Notes: generated from the letters alone by a model not told the origin. 44,363 nucleotides of DNA from an uncultured Porphyromonadaceae bacterium (GCA_964444375.1 CAYUGX010000004.1:1-44363); one strand, 5' to 3'; positions 9,291 to 19,633 are shown, counted from the stretch's first letter. Numbers and translations: made by a program.

Positions 9291-10937
9291 ATGAAAAAAC
9301 TTGTTTTTTTACTTGCTCTAGTCCTACTGACAGCACCTACCGGATGGACGTGTACCAATTTTCTGGTTACTAAAGGTGCCTCAGTTGACGGATCTACTAT
9401 GATAACTTATGCTGCTGATTCTCACGTCCTTTATGGTGAATTATATCATTGGCCAGCAGCCAAGTGGCCAGCCGGTAGCATGATTGACGTACATGAATGG
9501 GACACTGGCAAATACCTGGGTAAGATACCTCAGGTAGCTAAAACCTATGCCGTAATTGGCAACATGAATGAATATCAACTGGCCATCGGAGAAACAACCT
9601 ATGGAGGACGTTCAGAACTCAGGAATAAGGATGGTATCATTGATTATGGAAGCCTGATCTACATCACTCTGCAACGGGCAAAAACTGCCAGGGAAGCCAT
9701 TAAGACAATGGTCGAATTGTGTGATAAATATGGATACTATTCCTCAGGCGAATCCATCTCGATTGCCGATCCTAACGAAGTTTGGTTACTTGAAATAATT
9801 GGTAAAGGTCCAGGGCAGAATGGGATTCTGTGGGTGGCCCATCGCGTGCCCGACGGTTATGTAAGTGCACACGCCAATCAAGCCAGGATCACCACCTTTC
9901 CTCAAAACGATCCTGAGAATTGCTTGTACGGAGAAGATGTAATCTCTTTCGCCCGAGAGCAAGGCTGGTTTGATGGTGAGGACAAAGACTTTTCATTCAG
10001 AGATACCTACGCTCCACTTAGCTTTGGCGGCCTGCGGTATTGCGAAGCCAGAGTCTGGTCATTTTTCAATAAAATTAGCCCTGGAATGGATGAATACCTT
10101 GATTATGCTATGGGCCGTGATGCTAGATCCCCAATGCCTTTGTTTATTAAACCAAAGAAAAAACTAAGTGCTCAAGACCTGATGGCCTATATGGGAGACC
10201 ACTACGAAGGGACTCCAATGGATATGACCACTGACCTGGGTGCAGGTGCTTTTGCTAATCCCTATCGCTGGAGGCCACTGACCTGGGAAGCCGATGGTGA
10301 AACTTTTTGTAACGAGCGTGCCATTGCCACCCAACAGACAGGATTCTCTTTTGTATCTCAATCAAGATCCTGGCTTCCCGATCCAATCGGAGGCATACTT
10401 TGGTTTGGTGTTGATGATGCCGCTACTAGCGTTTATGTTCCCATGTACTGTGGGATTGTTGATGTTCCACATAGCTTCGAAGAAGGTCATGGAGATATGA
10501 TGGAATATGCTGATGATGCTGCATTCTGGGCCTTTAACCGGGTTGCCAATATGTGCTATTCAAGATACAACTACATGGTTAAGGATGTGAAGAAAGTTCA
10601 GAAAGAATATACACAGAAGTTTGCAACAAATACCGCGGCTATTGATAAAGCAGCTCAAGTACTCTATAGCCAGAGCCCTGATTTGGCCCGTGAGTTTTTG
10701 ACTGGTTACTGCCAGCAACAAGCAGACGGTCTGACAAAGCGTTGGAAAGAACTAGCCAATTATTTGCTTGTCAAATACATCGATGGTAACATCAAAAAAG
10801 AAAAGGATGGCAAGTTCCTGGATAACGGAACAGGTGTAATTGTTTCACCTGACCAGCCTGGTTACAGCGAAGCCTGGAAAAAGGCCGTAGCCAGAGATGC
10901 AGGAGAAAAATTGAAGGTGGTTGAAACGAAGAAATAA
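9291..10937 (+). CDS. Peptidase C69 family dipeptidase (Ntn hydrolase)
   Basis: Signal peptide followed by CTNFLVTKGASVDGS (N-terminal nucleophile Cys); GNMNEYQLAIGETT; HANQARI. Confidence 0.92.
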   Translation: MKKLVFLLALVLLTAPTGWTCTNFLVTKGASVDGSTMITYAADSHVLYGELYHWPAAKWPAGSMIDVHEWDTGKYLGKIPQVAKTYAVIGNMNEYQLAIGETTYGGRSELRNKDGIIDYGSLIYITLQRAKTAREAIKTMVELCDKYGYYSSGESISIADPNEVWLLEIIGKGPGQNGILWVAHRVPDGYVSAHANQARITTFPQNDPENCLYGEDVISFAREQGWFDGEDKDFSFRDTYAPLSFGGLRYCEARVWSFFNKISPGMDEYLDYAMGRDARSPMPLFIKPKKKLSAQDLMAYMGDHYEGTPMDMTTDLGAGAFANPYRWRPLTWEADGETFCNERAIATQQTGFSFVSQSRSWLPDPIGGILWFGVDDAATSVYVPMYCGIVDVPHSFEEGHGDMMEYADDAAFWAFNRVANMCYSRYNYMVKDVKKVQKEYTQKFATNTAAIDKAAQVLYSQSPDLAREFLTGYCQQQADGLTKRWKELANYLLVKYIDGNIKKEKDGKFLDNGTGVIVSPDQPGYSEAWKKAVARDAGEKLKVVETKK

Positions 10938-11021
10938 GCTTCTGCATATCTGTTTTTAAGTTATTAACTGCCAACTGTTAAAAATACAAATTCGAGACTC
11001 GCTTTTTTGAAATATTTTTAG

Positions 11022-11029
11022 TATGTTTG
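11022..11029 (+). promoter_or_regulatory. -7 promoter box for rplS
   Basis: TATGTTTG matches TAnnTTTG, 38 nt before the ATG at 11068. Confidence 0.65.
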
Positions 11030-11067
11030 CAGCCAATTTTCAGAACAACAATAAAGCGACAACTGAA

Positions 11068-11415
11068 ATGGACTTAATTAAAGTAGCAGAAGATCAATTT
11101 GCCGTGAATAACGAGTTTCCGAAGTTTAAGGCTGGAGACACCATTACGGTACACTATAAGATTAAAGAAGGTGACAAGGAAAGAATCCAAATGTTCCGTG
11201 GGGTTGTCATCCAAAGAAAAGGCAACAACGCCAGTGAAACCTTTACTGTACGTAAAATGTCGGGGAACATTGGTGTAGAGCGAATCTTTCCAGCCCAATC
11301 ACCATTTATTGACAAGATTGAAGTAAATAAGCATGGTCGTGTTCGTCGTGCACGTATTTATTACCTGCGCGGTCTGACGGGTAAGAAAGCCCGAATTAAG
11401 GAAAAAAGATACTAG
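11068..11415 (+). CDS. rplS: 50S ribosomal protein L19
   Basis: [48 protein letters not shown]. Confidence 0.98.
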   Translation: MDLIKVAEDQFAVNNEFPKFKAGDTITVHYKIKEGDKERIQMFRGVVIQRKGNNASETFTVRKMSGNIGVERIFPAQSPFIDKIEVNKHGRVRRARIYYLRGLTGKKARIKEKRY

Positions 11416-11434
11416 AGTTATCTATTCGAATATT

Positions 11435-11466
11435 GAAAAAGGTGCTGAAAATCAGCACCTTTTTTC
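11435..11466. terminator. Bidirectional intrinsic terminator between convergent rplS and the NfeD gene
   Basis: AAAAAGGTGCTGA-AAA-TCAGCACCTTTTT perfect inverted repeat with A/T tails. Confidence 0.9.
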
Positions 11467-11468
11467 AT

Positions 11469-12902
11469 TTAGTCGATTTGTCGCACGTACAATTGGGTTG
11501 TCTCCTGTCTGATCACCTTTATTTGAGAACCCTTTTCTATCCAGGCCGTTTCTGCTATTGCATCATAGACGTCACCCTCAATCAATACCTTGCCCGATGG
11601 TCTTAAGATGGTGTGGGCTTCTCCGAACTTTCCAACCAGAGTGGGATTTACCTGATCAACACTGACAAATCCTTCCGCCTTTTTCTGGTCTGCCTGAAGG
11701 GCCAAGAAGGCAAAAGGAGTAGAGGTTATGAGTTTCTGTCCAGCCCATATCGCCACAATCAACGACAAGAAGAAAGAAAAGATGACAAAGGCGAAGGCCC
11801 TAAACAGTTCAATAAAGGGAACATTACTAAAATCGAAAACTACATTTCCGACCATACTTAAAGCCAGTCCAGAGATCATAAAGATAATCCCACTGACTCC
11901 GGCCACACCAAACCCGGGGATAGCGAATATTTCTACCAAGACCAGGATGATACCAACAACAAACATGATGACTTCCCAATTGGCAGCAAGTCCCTCAAGA
12001 TAAAGAGGGGCGAAATACAGCAAGCCCGCAATTACGGCTGCAATGATCGGAAAACCAATCCCTGGGGTTTGAATTTCGAAATAAATTCCACCCACAATGA
12101 TCAAGATTAGTATGCCTTGCATAGCCGGACTCAACAAGAAACCAATTATCTTGTCTAAACCAGTCTGGGTGTAGGATTTCAATACATATGGATTCGAACT
12201 TGTTCTTTCGATAACCTCCTCTAAACTATTGACTTCGCCTTCGCAAAACCCCCAGTTCATCGCTTCCCTGGGAGTAAAGGTCAATACTTTACCCGTATCC
12301 GAAACAAATTCCACAAACAATGAGGGGTCCACCATGGCTTCTGCAATCTGAGGATCCCTGCGCCAGGTGTAAAGGGTCTCTCCGTTAATCAGCACAGTAT
12401 CCTTCCCCTTGGCTTCAGCAGTTGAACGCATGGTTGAACGCATATACGACTGGAACTTATCTGCTTGCTGTTCACCAGTCTGATCAACGACGGTGGCGGC
12501 TCCAATATTGGCACCGGGTCGCATATAAATGCTGTCACAGGCCATCGATATAAGAGCCCCTGCTGAGGCGGCATTATTATCGATGAAGACCCAAAATGGA
12601 ATCGAACTATTCAGGATTTTTGTCCTGATACTATCTGCCATATCCACCAGACCTCCATATGTATTCATATGTATCAGGATCAAATCCGCATTCCATTCTG
12701 AAGCTTCCTCATAGGCACGCTGCGTAAGCCTCCATAAGGCTTTATCCACCATTTGTTTCATTTCGAAAGAATACACCCTGAGTGTATCCCCACTTTCGTT
12801 GCCCTGCTCGACTGAGCTTGTAACTCCGAAAGATGCCTGTGGCAATAGTATTCCATTGGTCAACAATAGACTAATAGCCAGAAATAGTATTTGTCTCTTC
12901 AC
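11469..12902 (-). CDS. Long-form NfeD membrane-bound serine protease (ClpP-class domain, TM region, OB domain)
   Basis: MNTYGG, NAASAGA, PGANIGAA; multi-TM segment with EIQTPG and IPGFGVAG; C-terminal LRPSGKV. Confidence 0.9.
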   Translation of the reverse strand: MKRQILFLAISLLLTNGILLPQASFGVTSSVEQGNESGDTLRVYSFEMKQMVDKALWRLTQRAYEEASEWNADLILIHMNTYGGLVDMADSIRTKILNSSIPFWVFIDNNAASAGALISMACDSIYMRPGANIGAATVVDQTGEQQADKFQSYMRSTMRSTAEAKGKDTVLINGETLYTWRRDPQIAEAMVDPSLFVEFVSDTGKVLTFTPREAMNWGFCEGEVNSLEEVIERTSSNPYVLKSYTQTGLDKIIGFLLSPAMQGILILIIVGGIYFEIQTPGIGFPIIAAVIAGLLYFAPLYLEGLAANWEVIMFVVGIILVLVEIFAIPGFGVAGVSGIIFMISGLALSMVGNVVFDFSNVPFIELFRAFAFVIFSFFLSLIVAIWAGQKLITSTPFAFLALQADQKKAEGFVSVDQVNPTLVGKFGEAHTILRPSGKVLIEGDVYDAIAETAWIEKGSQIKVIRQETTQLYVRQID

Positions 12903-13026
12903 AATTCTTCAGTTTCAATGATTTAAAAGTAAGAAATTAATGGCTAATTGTGCTATGAGTCTCGATACCCTGATGGCTTTTCATTAGACCACTGAGGCAA
13001 ATGAAATGACTGGTACAGAAAAAGTG

Positions 13027-13034
13027 TAACTTTG
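13027..13034 (+). promoter_or_regulatory. -7 promoter box
   Basis: TAACTTTG 19 nt before ATG 13054. Confidence 0.65.
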
Positions 13035-13053
13035 CCCGATTAATTGATCGTTC

Positions 13054-14208
13054 ATGCAAAATCGGCGACTAACCCTTGACAGAATTCTGGCTATTCCTGC
13101 CGGCATTTTGATTGTGACTGCATGGTTTATAGGCTCTCACCTCCATGAGCAATCCTCAATTGATCAGATTAAGGAGCAGCTACCTGATGTTGAAAGTATA
13201 GAGATGTTATCTCCTGGAATATTTAGTTTAAACCAGGCAACCAACTTATATTTTATTACAGGAAAAGGGAATGGCTATGGAGGACAGGTGACAACACTAT
13301 TCCCATTTGATTCATCTGGAAATGTAGCAGAACCAGACATTCTCAACCACCACGAGACTCCCTCTTTTATTAAACGGCTCGAGAATCGAGGTTTTTTAAA
13401 ATCCTTTACGGGTATTTCATGGGAAGATGCCATTACTCAGCAGAACCTACCAGATGCCATTTCTGGAGCTACTTATAGCTGTGAAGCTATTTCTCTTGGA
13501 CTCATTGAAGCAGCAAGCCAATTTGCTGATTTTACCAACCAATCCATACCCCAGACCAAGTTGCCCAGAGCAGACATAAAATGGGATCACTCACATACTA
13601 TTTTATTGATTGTTTTTGTTCTGGCATTTATTACTACCCAATCCTGGTTCAGACCAAAGAAAAGCGCTCGCTGGATAATGATAGTATTCAACGTGATCTT
13701 CCTGGGATTCTGGATGGGTAATCAACTCTCAATTGTGCAAATGACCCGTTTTGGATATGGTGAGGTTCCCACCATTCAGCAACACCTCTTTTTCTATATC
13801 ATGTTGACCGGTTCGTTGCTATTTATCTTCTTCTTCAGGAAAAACATCTATTACGACCGGATATGTCCTTTCGGTGGAGCCCAGGAATGTCTCGCAGCAA
13901 TCGGAGGAGCAAAAAGATCACTTGTCGACAAAAAAAACCGGACAAGATGGCTGCCCAGAATTCTAGCTCTGGCGATCATACTAATCGCCATCTTGTTCAG
14001 GCATCCATCAAGTATTAACTATGAAGTGTTCTCTGCTTTTTTTCAGTTAATTGGAAATACCTTGCAGTTTTCGCTCCTGATCATAATTCTGGTAACCGCT
14101 CTCTTTTTTAGACGTCCCTGGTGTAGCCTGATGTGTCCAGTAAAACCCGTTTTTGATTTTGTGAAAATGCTTCAAAGCTGGCTCTTTCAGTTTCACGGCA
14201 GAAATTAA
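13054..14208 (+). CDS. Membrane protein with FMN-binding domain and CxxxCP-type membrane domain (NosR/NirI/RdhC-like)
   Basis: GYGG, HHETPSF and DAISGAT flavinylation motif; several TM helices; YDRICPFG and WCSLMCP. Confidence 0.8.
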   Translation: MQNRRLTLDRILAIPAGILIVTAWFIGSHLHEQSSIDQIKEQLPDVESIEMLSPGIFSLNQATNLYFITGKGNGYGGQVTTLFPFDSSGNVAEPDILNHHETPSFIKRLENRGFLKSFTGISWEDAITQQNLPDAISGATYSCEAISLGLIEAASQFADFTNQSIPQTKLPRADIKWDHSHTILLIVFVLAFITTQSWFRPKKSARWIMIVFNVIFLGFWMGNQLSIVQMTRFGYGEVPTIQQHLFFYIMLTGSLLFIFFFRKNIYYDRICPFGGAQECLAAIGGAKRSLVDKKNRTRWLPRILALAIILIAILFRHPSSINYEVFSAFFQLIGNTLQFSLLIIILVTALFFRRPWCSLMCPVKPVFDFVKMLQSWLFQFHGRN

Positions 14209-14251
14209 TATTCCCTTAATTTCAGAACGGTCTATCTAGCAGTTTTTTTCA

Positions 14252-14259
14252 TACATTTG
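14252..14259 (+). promoter_or_regulatory. -7 promoter box for pfk
   Basis: TACATTTG in the intergenic region upstream of ATG 14330. Confidence 0.6.
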
Positions 14260-14329
14260 TCCTGTTTATTCAAAAACAGACCAAAAATAGAATACAGAGA
14301 TTACTTACTCATTTTAAATAGGCTGAATT

Positions 14330-15532
14330 ATGTCAACAAAGAAAAAAGGGACCATCGCCATTTTGACTGGTGGTGGTGATGTGCCGGGTCTCAACCCAGC
14401 TATTAGGGCAGTAACCATTAGGGCAATACGAGAGGGATATCAGGTAATTGGACTCAGAAGAGGATGGGCCGGTATTACTGAGATGATTTGTGATAAGAAG
14501 TACGACAACAGCAAAAACTTTATTTATTTAACTGAAGAAGTTGTTAATCGTGCTGGACGTACTGGAGGTACTTTCTTGCATAGCGCCAGAACCCGCCCCA
14601 GTCACATGCCGAAAAGTGCAGTACCAGATCACCTAAAGGAGCGATATACAGAGGAGATTAACGACCTTACGCCAACCGTTATCGAAAACCTTAATTGGTT
14701 AGGGGTTGATTACCTTATTCCAATTGGTGGTGACGACACATTGAGTTATGGAGTCAGACTATATAGTGAAGGCGTTAAGGTAGTTGCCATTCCTAAAACC
14801 ATGGATAATGACGTTCCAGGAACTGATTATTGTATTGGATTCAGCACCTGTGTAACTCGGACTATTCACCTGGTGAATGCCTTGAGAACCAGTGCCGGAT
14901 CACATGAACGGATTTTAGCAATTGAGGTCTTTGGTCGTTATGCCGGATTTACAGCCATGTTACCTACTATGGCAGGGGCTGCTCATCGCTGTGTCATCCC
15001 AGAACATGAATTTGATCTGGAACAACTGACTGATTTACTGGTGCACGACAGAAACAAAAACCCATCTCAGTATGCTATTTGCTTGATTTCAGAAGGAGCC
15101 AAATTCAAGGGAATGAGCGACATGAGCTTCATGGATGCCGAGAAAGACATGTTCGGACATGCCAAATTGGGCGGCATTGGTTTGACTGTAGGAAATACAA
15201 TTAAAGAACTGTCTCCAAAATTCAATAACGGCAAGCGAATCAATATTATTAATCAAAACCTGGGTTATCTTGTCAGGGGAGGCGATCCCGATGCACTCGA
15301 CTCCGTTGTTCCTATGGCCTTTGGTAACCTGGCTCTTGACCTAATTCTGAAAGGGATACATGGTCGGCTAGTCATATTAAAGAACGGTCGCTATGACAAT
15401 GCTCCAATTGATGTAGTGACAGCTACCAAAAAGTTCGTTGATGTCAATAAGCACTATAATATTGAAAGATTACGCCCTAAATACAATGCTTTCGACTTCC
15501 AGCCACTGCTGATCATGACTGGATCTGAATAG
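14330..15532 (+). CDS. pfkA: PfkA-family phosphofructokinase, probably PPi-dependent
   Basis: TGGGDVPGLN, GGTFL, GGDDT, PKTMDND, EVFGR, LGYLVRGG. Confidence 0.9.
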   Translation: MSTKKKGTIAILTGGGDVPGLNPAIRAVTIRAIREGYQVIGLRRGWAGITEMICDKKYDNSKNFIYLTEEVVNRAGRTGGTFLHSARTRPSHMPKSAVPDHLKERYTEEINDLTPTVIENLNWLGVDYLIPIGGDDTLSYGVRLYSEGVKVVAIPKTMDNDVPGTDYCIGFSTCVTRTIHLVNALRTSAGSHERILAIEVFGRYAGFTAMLPTMAGAAHRCVIPEHEFDLEQLTDLLVHDRNKNPSQYAICLISEGAKFKGMSDMSFMDAEKDMFGHAKLGGIGLTVGNTIKELSPKFNNGKRINIINQNLGYLVRGGDPDALDSVVPMAFGNLALDLILKGIHGRLVILKNGRYDNAPIDVVTATKKFVDVNKHYNIERLRPKYNAFDFQPLLIMTGSE

Positions 15533-15553
15533 TTTGTAATTGACAACTACGCA

Positions 15554-16336
15554 TTACACATAGGGTATACGGTAATTGCCGTATCCAATTTTTTCAAAAA
15601 AGGCCGCGAGGCCTTTTTTCTTTTCTGAATCAAAAGTATAGGATATGTTCTTAGAAAGATAGTCTGGTACATTCACTCCTTCGAATCCCAATCGTGTGCC
15701 ATAGTCAACAGCAACCTGGCTAATTTGGTCAAGACCTAGCTGTAAAGCTGCATCAAAATCAATCTGAAAAGATTTGGGCAAGTCGATCATACTTACCCAA
15801 GTAGCAAATACAAAAGGCAACTGATAATGGCGGTACCATTCATTAGATAAATCAAGCCTATACGGGTACTTGTGCTCCAGGCTGAAAACCTTATCACCGA
15901 TTATTAGCATACCACAATCCTCCTCGAGCTCCTCGGTCTCAAAACCAGGCTGACCATCTACCAGTTGAATGTGCTCCAAACCTTTGAGTGAGATCAGACT
16001 TTTTAATAGTTCGACAGATGTTCTTGAATGAGAATCTAATCGCACCTCTCGAAGCTGCTCAAGTGGAACTTTTGATACCAACACAACTGTTCTGACCTCA
16101 CCTGTTGCACCAATGCAATAGCTTGAAAAAACACTTTTCGGTCTCAATTCAGGCAAAGTAACAACTGGAACCAGTCCTATCTGAGTCTTACCGACCGCCA
16201 GTTTTTTCGCGCAATCTGCCGGGTGGTCCAAGAACAGCTCTATCTTGCCACCTTTTTCCAGTTTTCGAAGGCCCCTGACTAAGACAGCAGTATTCAGATA
16301 CTCCACAGCTGAAACAGGTATCGGTTTTTGCATCAT
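15554..16336 (-). CDS. mqnA: MqnA-family chorismate dehydratase (futalosine menaquinone pathway)
   Basis: VEYLN, PADCA, CIGATGEVRTV, SRTS, LIIGD and LPFVFATW motifs. Confidence 0.8.
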   Translation of the reverse strand: MMQKPIPVSAVEYLNTAVLVRGLRKLEKGGKIELFLDHPADCAKKLAVGKTQIGLVPVVTLPELRPKSVFSSYCIGATGEVRTVVLVSKVPLEQLREVRLDSHSRTSVELLKSLISLKGLEHIQLVDGQPGFETEELEEDCGMLIIGDKVFSLEHKYPYRLDLSNEWYRHYQLPFVFATWVSMIDLPKSFQIDFDAALQLGLDQISQVAVDYGTRLGFEGVNVPDYLSKNISYTFDSEKKKGLAAFFEKIGYGNYRIPYV

Positions 16337-16340
16337 TATG

Positions 16341-16402
16341 CAAAAGTAGCTTTTTCACCGCAGCTATAAAGCAACCGCAATCTATATAAATTCGTAAATT
16401 TG
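16341..16402. promoter_or_regulatory. Divergent -7 boxes for mqnA and purB
   Basis: TACTTTTG on minus (16341-16348) and TAAATTTG on plus (16395-16402). Confidence 0.7.
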
Positions 16403-16425
16403 CCTGTCTTTGACACATTATTCAT

Positions 16426-17790
16426 ATGGAACTAAACAAGCTGACAGCCGTTTCACCTATTGACGGGAGATATCATACTAAAACACAAGAATTAAGCCAG
16501 TATTTTTCTGAATGGGCCTTGATTCGTTACCGCATACAAGTTGAGATAGAATATTTCATTGCCTTATGTGAATTACCGATCAAACAGTTAGATCGGTTTA
16601 GTCAATCTGAGTACCAACAAATGCGTCAGATTTATAAGACATTCACTCCGAACGACGCGAAGCGAGTTAAGGAGATTGAAAAAACAACCAATCACGACGT
16701 AAAGGCTGTGGAATATTACATTAAAGAACAATTTGATAAATTCTCGTTTTCTGCATACAAGGAGTTTATCCATTTTGGTCTGACCTCACAGGATGTTAAT
16801 AACACAGCAACACCCTTAAGCCTTAAAGAAGGTATAAATTCATCCTATCTACCTCATTTGCATGACTTGGTACTCACATTAAAGGCATTGGGAAATGAAT
16901 GGCAAGAAGTACCCATGCTGGCTAAAACCCATGGCCAACCTGCATCCCCCACCCGACTGGGCAAAGAATTATTTGTTTTCGTTGAACGGCTCGAAAGCCA
17001 GATCACCGCACTTGAAAACCTGTCATATCCTGCCAAATTCGGAGGAGCCACCGGAAATTTCAATGCGCATGCAGTGGCTTACCCTGATATAGATTGGGTT
17101 GAGTTTGGCAACCATCTGGTTAATGAGGTTCTGGGTTTGAACCGGTCACAAGTAACCACCCAAATTGAGCATTATGACAACCTGGCTGCTCTCTTTGATG
17201 CCATTCGTCGGATTCAAGTCATTTTAATTGATTTGTGTCGTGATATTTGGACCTATATTTCGATGAATTATTTTGGCCAGAAAATAAAAAAGGGAGAAAT
17301 AGGATCTTCAGCTATGCCACACAAAGTGAATCCCATCGACTTTGAGAATGCAGAAGGGAATTTAGGAATAGCAAATGCCTTGCTTGATCACCTTAGCAAC
17401 AAATTACCCGTTTCTCGTTTGCAACGTGATCTGACAGACTCAACCGTTTTGCGAAACATTGGAGTACCCCTGGGACATGGCCTTATCGCAACTCAATCAA
17501 TCCAAAAAGGTCTTAGTAAACTGGTATTAAATCCAGTGGCCATTCATCAGGATCTTGAAGACAACTGGGCTGTAGTTGCTGAAGCCATTCAAACAATTTT
17601 GAGAAGGGAGCAATATCCTAATCCTTATGAAGCCTTACTGCAACTGACCCGTAAAAACGAAAAAATAACCGCCGATGCAATTCATACTTTTATTGACAGT
17701 CTCGACGTTAGCCATCATATAAAAGAAGAACTAAAGGCCATAAGCCCTCAAAATTATACCGGGATCGATACCAGTCAGCAAAGTCAGTAG
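16426..17790 (+). CDS. purB: Adenylosuccinate lyase
   Basis: SPIDGRY, TNHDVKAVEY, THGQPASPT, GSSAMPHKVNPIDFENAEGN, SRLQRDLTDS. Confidence 0.97.
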   Translation: MELNKLTAVSPIDGRYHTKTQELSQYFSEWALIRYRIQVEIEYFIALCELPIKQLDRFSQSEYQQMRQIYKTFTPNDAKRVKEIEKTTNHDVKAVEYYIKEQFDKFSFSAYKEFIHFGLTSQDVNNTATPLSLKEGINSSYLPHLHDLVLTLKALGNEWQEVPMLAKTHGQPASPTRLGKELFVFVERLESQITALENLSYPAKFGGATGNFNAHAVAYPDIDWVEFGNHLVNEVLGLNRSQVTTQIEHYDNLAALFDAIRRIQVILIDLCRDIWTYISMNYFGQKIKKGEIGSSAMPHKVNPIDFENAEGNLGIANALLDHLSNKLPVSRLQRDLTDSTVLRNIGVPLGHGLIATQSIQKGLSKLVLNPVAIHQDLEDNWAVVAEAIQTILRREQYPNPYEALLQLTRKNEKITADAIHTFIDSLDVSHHIKEELKAISPQNYTGIDTSQQSQ

Positions 17791-17791
17791 C

Positions 17792-19633
17792 ATGAAATCG
17801 TTTTGGCGAATTTTTAAAACCTATGTTTTCCCTTACAGGGGATATGCAGGATTGAATATTGCTTTCAATCTGCTGGGGGTAATATTTTCTCTGCTTTCTT
17901 TGATACTTATCGGGCCTTTTCTCCAGGTACTGTTTGGCACACAGCCCATCGTGAATGAGGCCATGCCATGGGAGTTATCAAAACAGGCTCTGGAACACAA
18001 TTTCAATTATTTTATCAGTCAACAGGTTGTCCAACACAGTGAACAACAGGCCTTATTGGTGGTGAGTTTGCTTGTAATAGTGCTTTTTTTTCTAAAAACA
18101 GCAAACATCTTCCTGGCTAATTTCTTCATGTCTCCCATTCGAAATGGTGTCGTGAAGGATATCCGCAACCAGATTTACCAGAAGATGCTACACCTGCCTA
18201 TTGGCTTCTTTTCTGACGAAAAAAAAGGTGACCTGATGTCGCGTGTTACTCAGGATGTGCAGGAAATAGAATGGTCAATCATGGCTTCTTTAGAGAAGTT
18301 CTTCCGCGACCCCATTAACATCCTTATATTCCTAATCGGCCTTTTTCTGATTTCACCCCTTCTAACTGTTTTTGTGCTAGTCTTATTACCAGTGAGTGCT
18401 ATAGCCATAGGACAAATAGGAAAGAATCTGCGTAAATCCTCCACCAGAAGTCAGGCTCAGATGGGCAGACTCATGTCATTCCTTGAAGAATCGCTATCTG
18501 GACTTCGAGTCATCAAAGCTTTCAATGCTGAAAAAACCATGCAAGGCAATTTTGAAGCACTGAATCAGGACTATACACACACCATGAACCGTATCACCAG
18601 AAAACGCTATCTGGCTTCTCCGCTATCTGAATTCCTAGGTGCCATAGTTATTGTGGTACTATTAACCTATGGAGGAAATCTTGTCATTGGAGGTAAAAGT
18701 GAGCTCAGTGCATCGGCTTTCATTGCATATATCGCCATATTCTCTCAGTTGCTGACACCCGCAAAATCCTTCTCAACAGCCTTTTATCATTTGCAAAAAG
18801 GCCTGGCTTCATATGATCGGGTTAATGAAATCCTAGCTGTACCCATTCAAATCAAAGACCCTGCTAAAGCAACCAGGGTTGATCAGTTTAACCACGCCAT
18901 AGCCTTCCACCATGTTGAATTTGCATACGGGACGAAGCCAGTATTGCATGATATTTCAATTCAAATCAACAAAGGACAAACCGTAGCGTTAGTCGGGCAT
19001 TCAGGTTCAGGCAAATCGACTTTTATTGACCTGATACCCCGTTTTCACGATGTTAACCAAGGCAGCATTACGATCGATGGAATTGATATCCGCCAGTTAA
19101 AAATTGTTGAACTCAGGGGGTTATTAGGCTATGTGCATCAAGAACCCCTACTGTTTAATGATAGTTTCCTGAATAATATCACCATGGGTGATACAAAACC
19201 TGATGAGGAAAAAGTCTTCAAAGTCATACAGGCCGCACACGCAACCGAGTTTATCGAATCAGATCCTGAGGGCATTCACCGTAGCATTGGGGATAGAGGT
19301 GGAAAGTTGTCTGGTGGTCAGCGTCAACGAATCAGCATTGCCCGTGCACTTTACAGTAACCCCGAAATCCTGTTATTGGATGAAGCAACCTCTTCCCTGG
19401 ACAGTGACTCTGAACGACAGGTTCAAGAAGCTTTACAAACCCTCATGAAAGGGCGGACGACAATTGTGGTAGCTCATCGTTTATCAACCATTATTGAAGC
19501 TGATCTGATCGTGGTTTTCAAAGATGGTAGAATTGTTGAACAAGGAAGTCACCAAGAATTAATTGAGCTCAACGGTGAGTATCTGAATCTCTATGAGCAA
19601 GTTAATCAAAGCACAAACAAATCTCATGATTGA
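17792..19633 (+). CDS. ABC exporter, fused permease and ATPase (MsbA-like)
   Basis: N-terminal TM domain; Walker A GHSGSGKST, LSGGQRQR, LLLDEATS, AHRLST. Confidence 0.92.
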   Translation: MKSFWRIFKTYVFPYRGYAGLNIAFNLLGVIFSLLSLILIGPFLQVLFGTQPIVNEAMPWELSKQALEHNFNYFISQQVVQHSEQQALLVVSLLVIVLFFLKTANIFLANFFMSPIRNGVVKDIRNQIYQKMLHLPIGFFSDEKKGDLMSRVTQDVQEIEWSIMASLEKFFRDPINILIFLIGLFLISPLLTVFVLVLLPVSAIAIGQIGKNLRKSSTRSQAQMGRLMSFLEESLSGLRVIKAFNAEKTMQGNFEALNQDYTHTMNRITRKRYLASPLSEFLGAIVIVVLLTYGGNLVIGGKSELSASAFIAYIAIFSQLLTPAKSFSTAFYHLQKGLASYDRVNEILAVPIQIKDPAKATRVDQFNHAIAFHHVEFAYGTKPVLHDISIQINKGQTVALVGHSGSGKSTFIDLIPRFHDVNQGSITIDGIDIRQLKIVELRGLLGYVHQEPLLFNDSFLNNITMGDTKPDEEKVFKVIQAAHATEFIESDPEGIHRSIGDRGGKLSGGQRQRISIARALYSNPEILLLDEATSSLDSDSERQVQEALQTLMKGRTTIVVAHRLSTIIEADLIVVFKDGRIVEQGSHQELIELNGEYLNLYEQVNQSTNKSHD

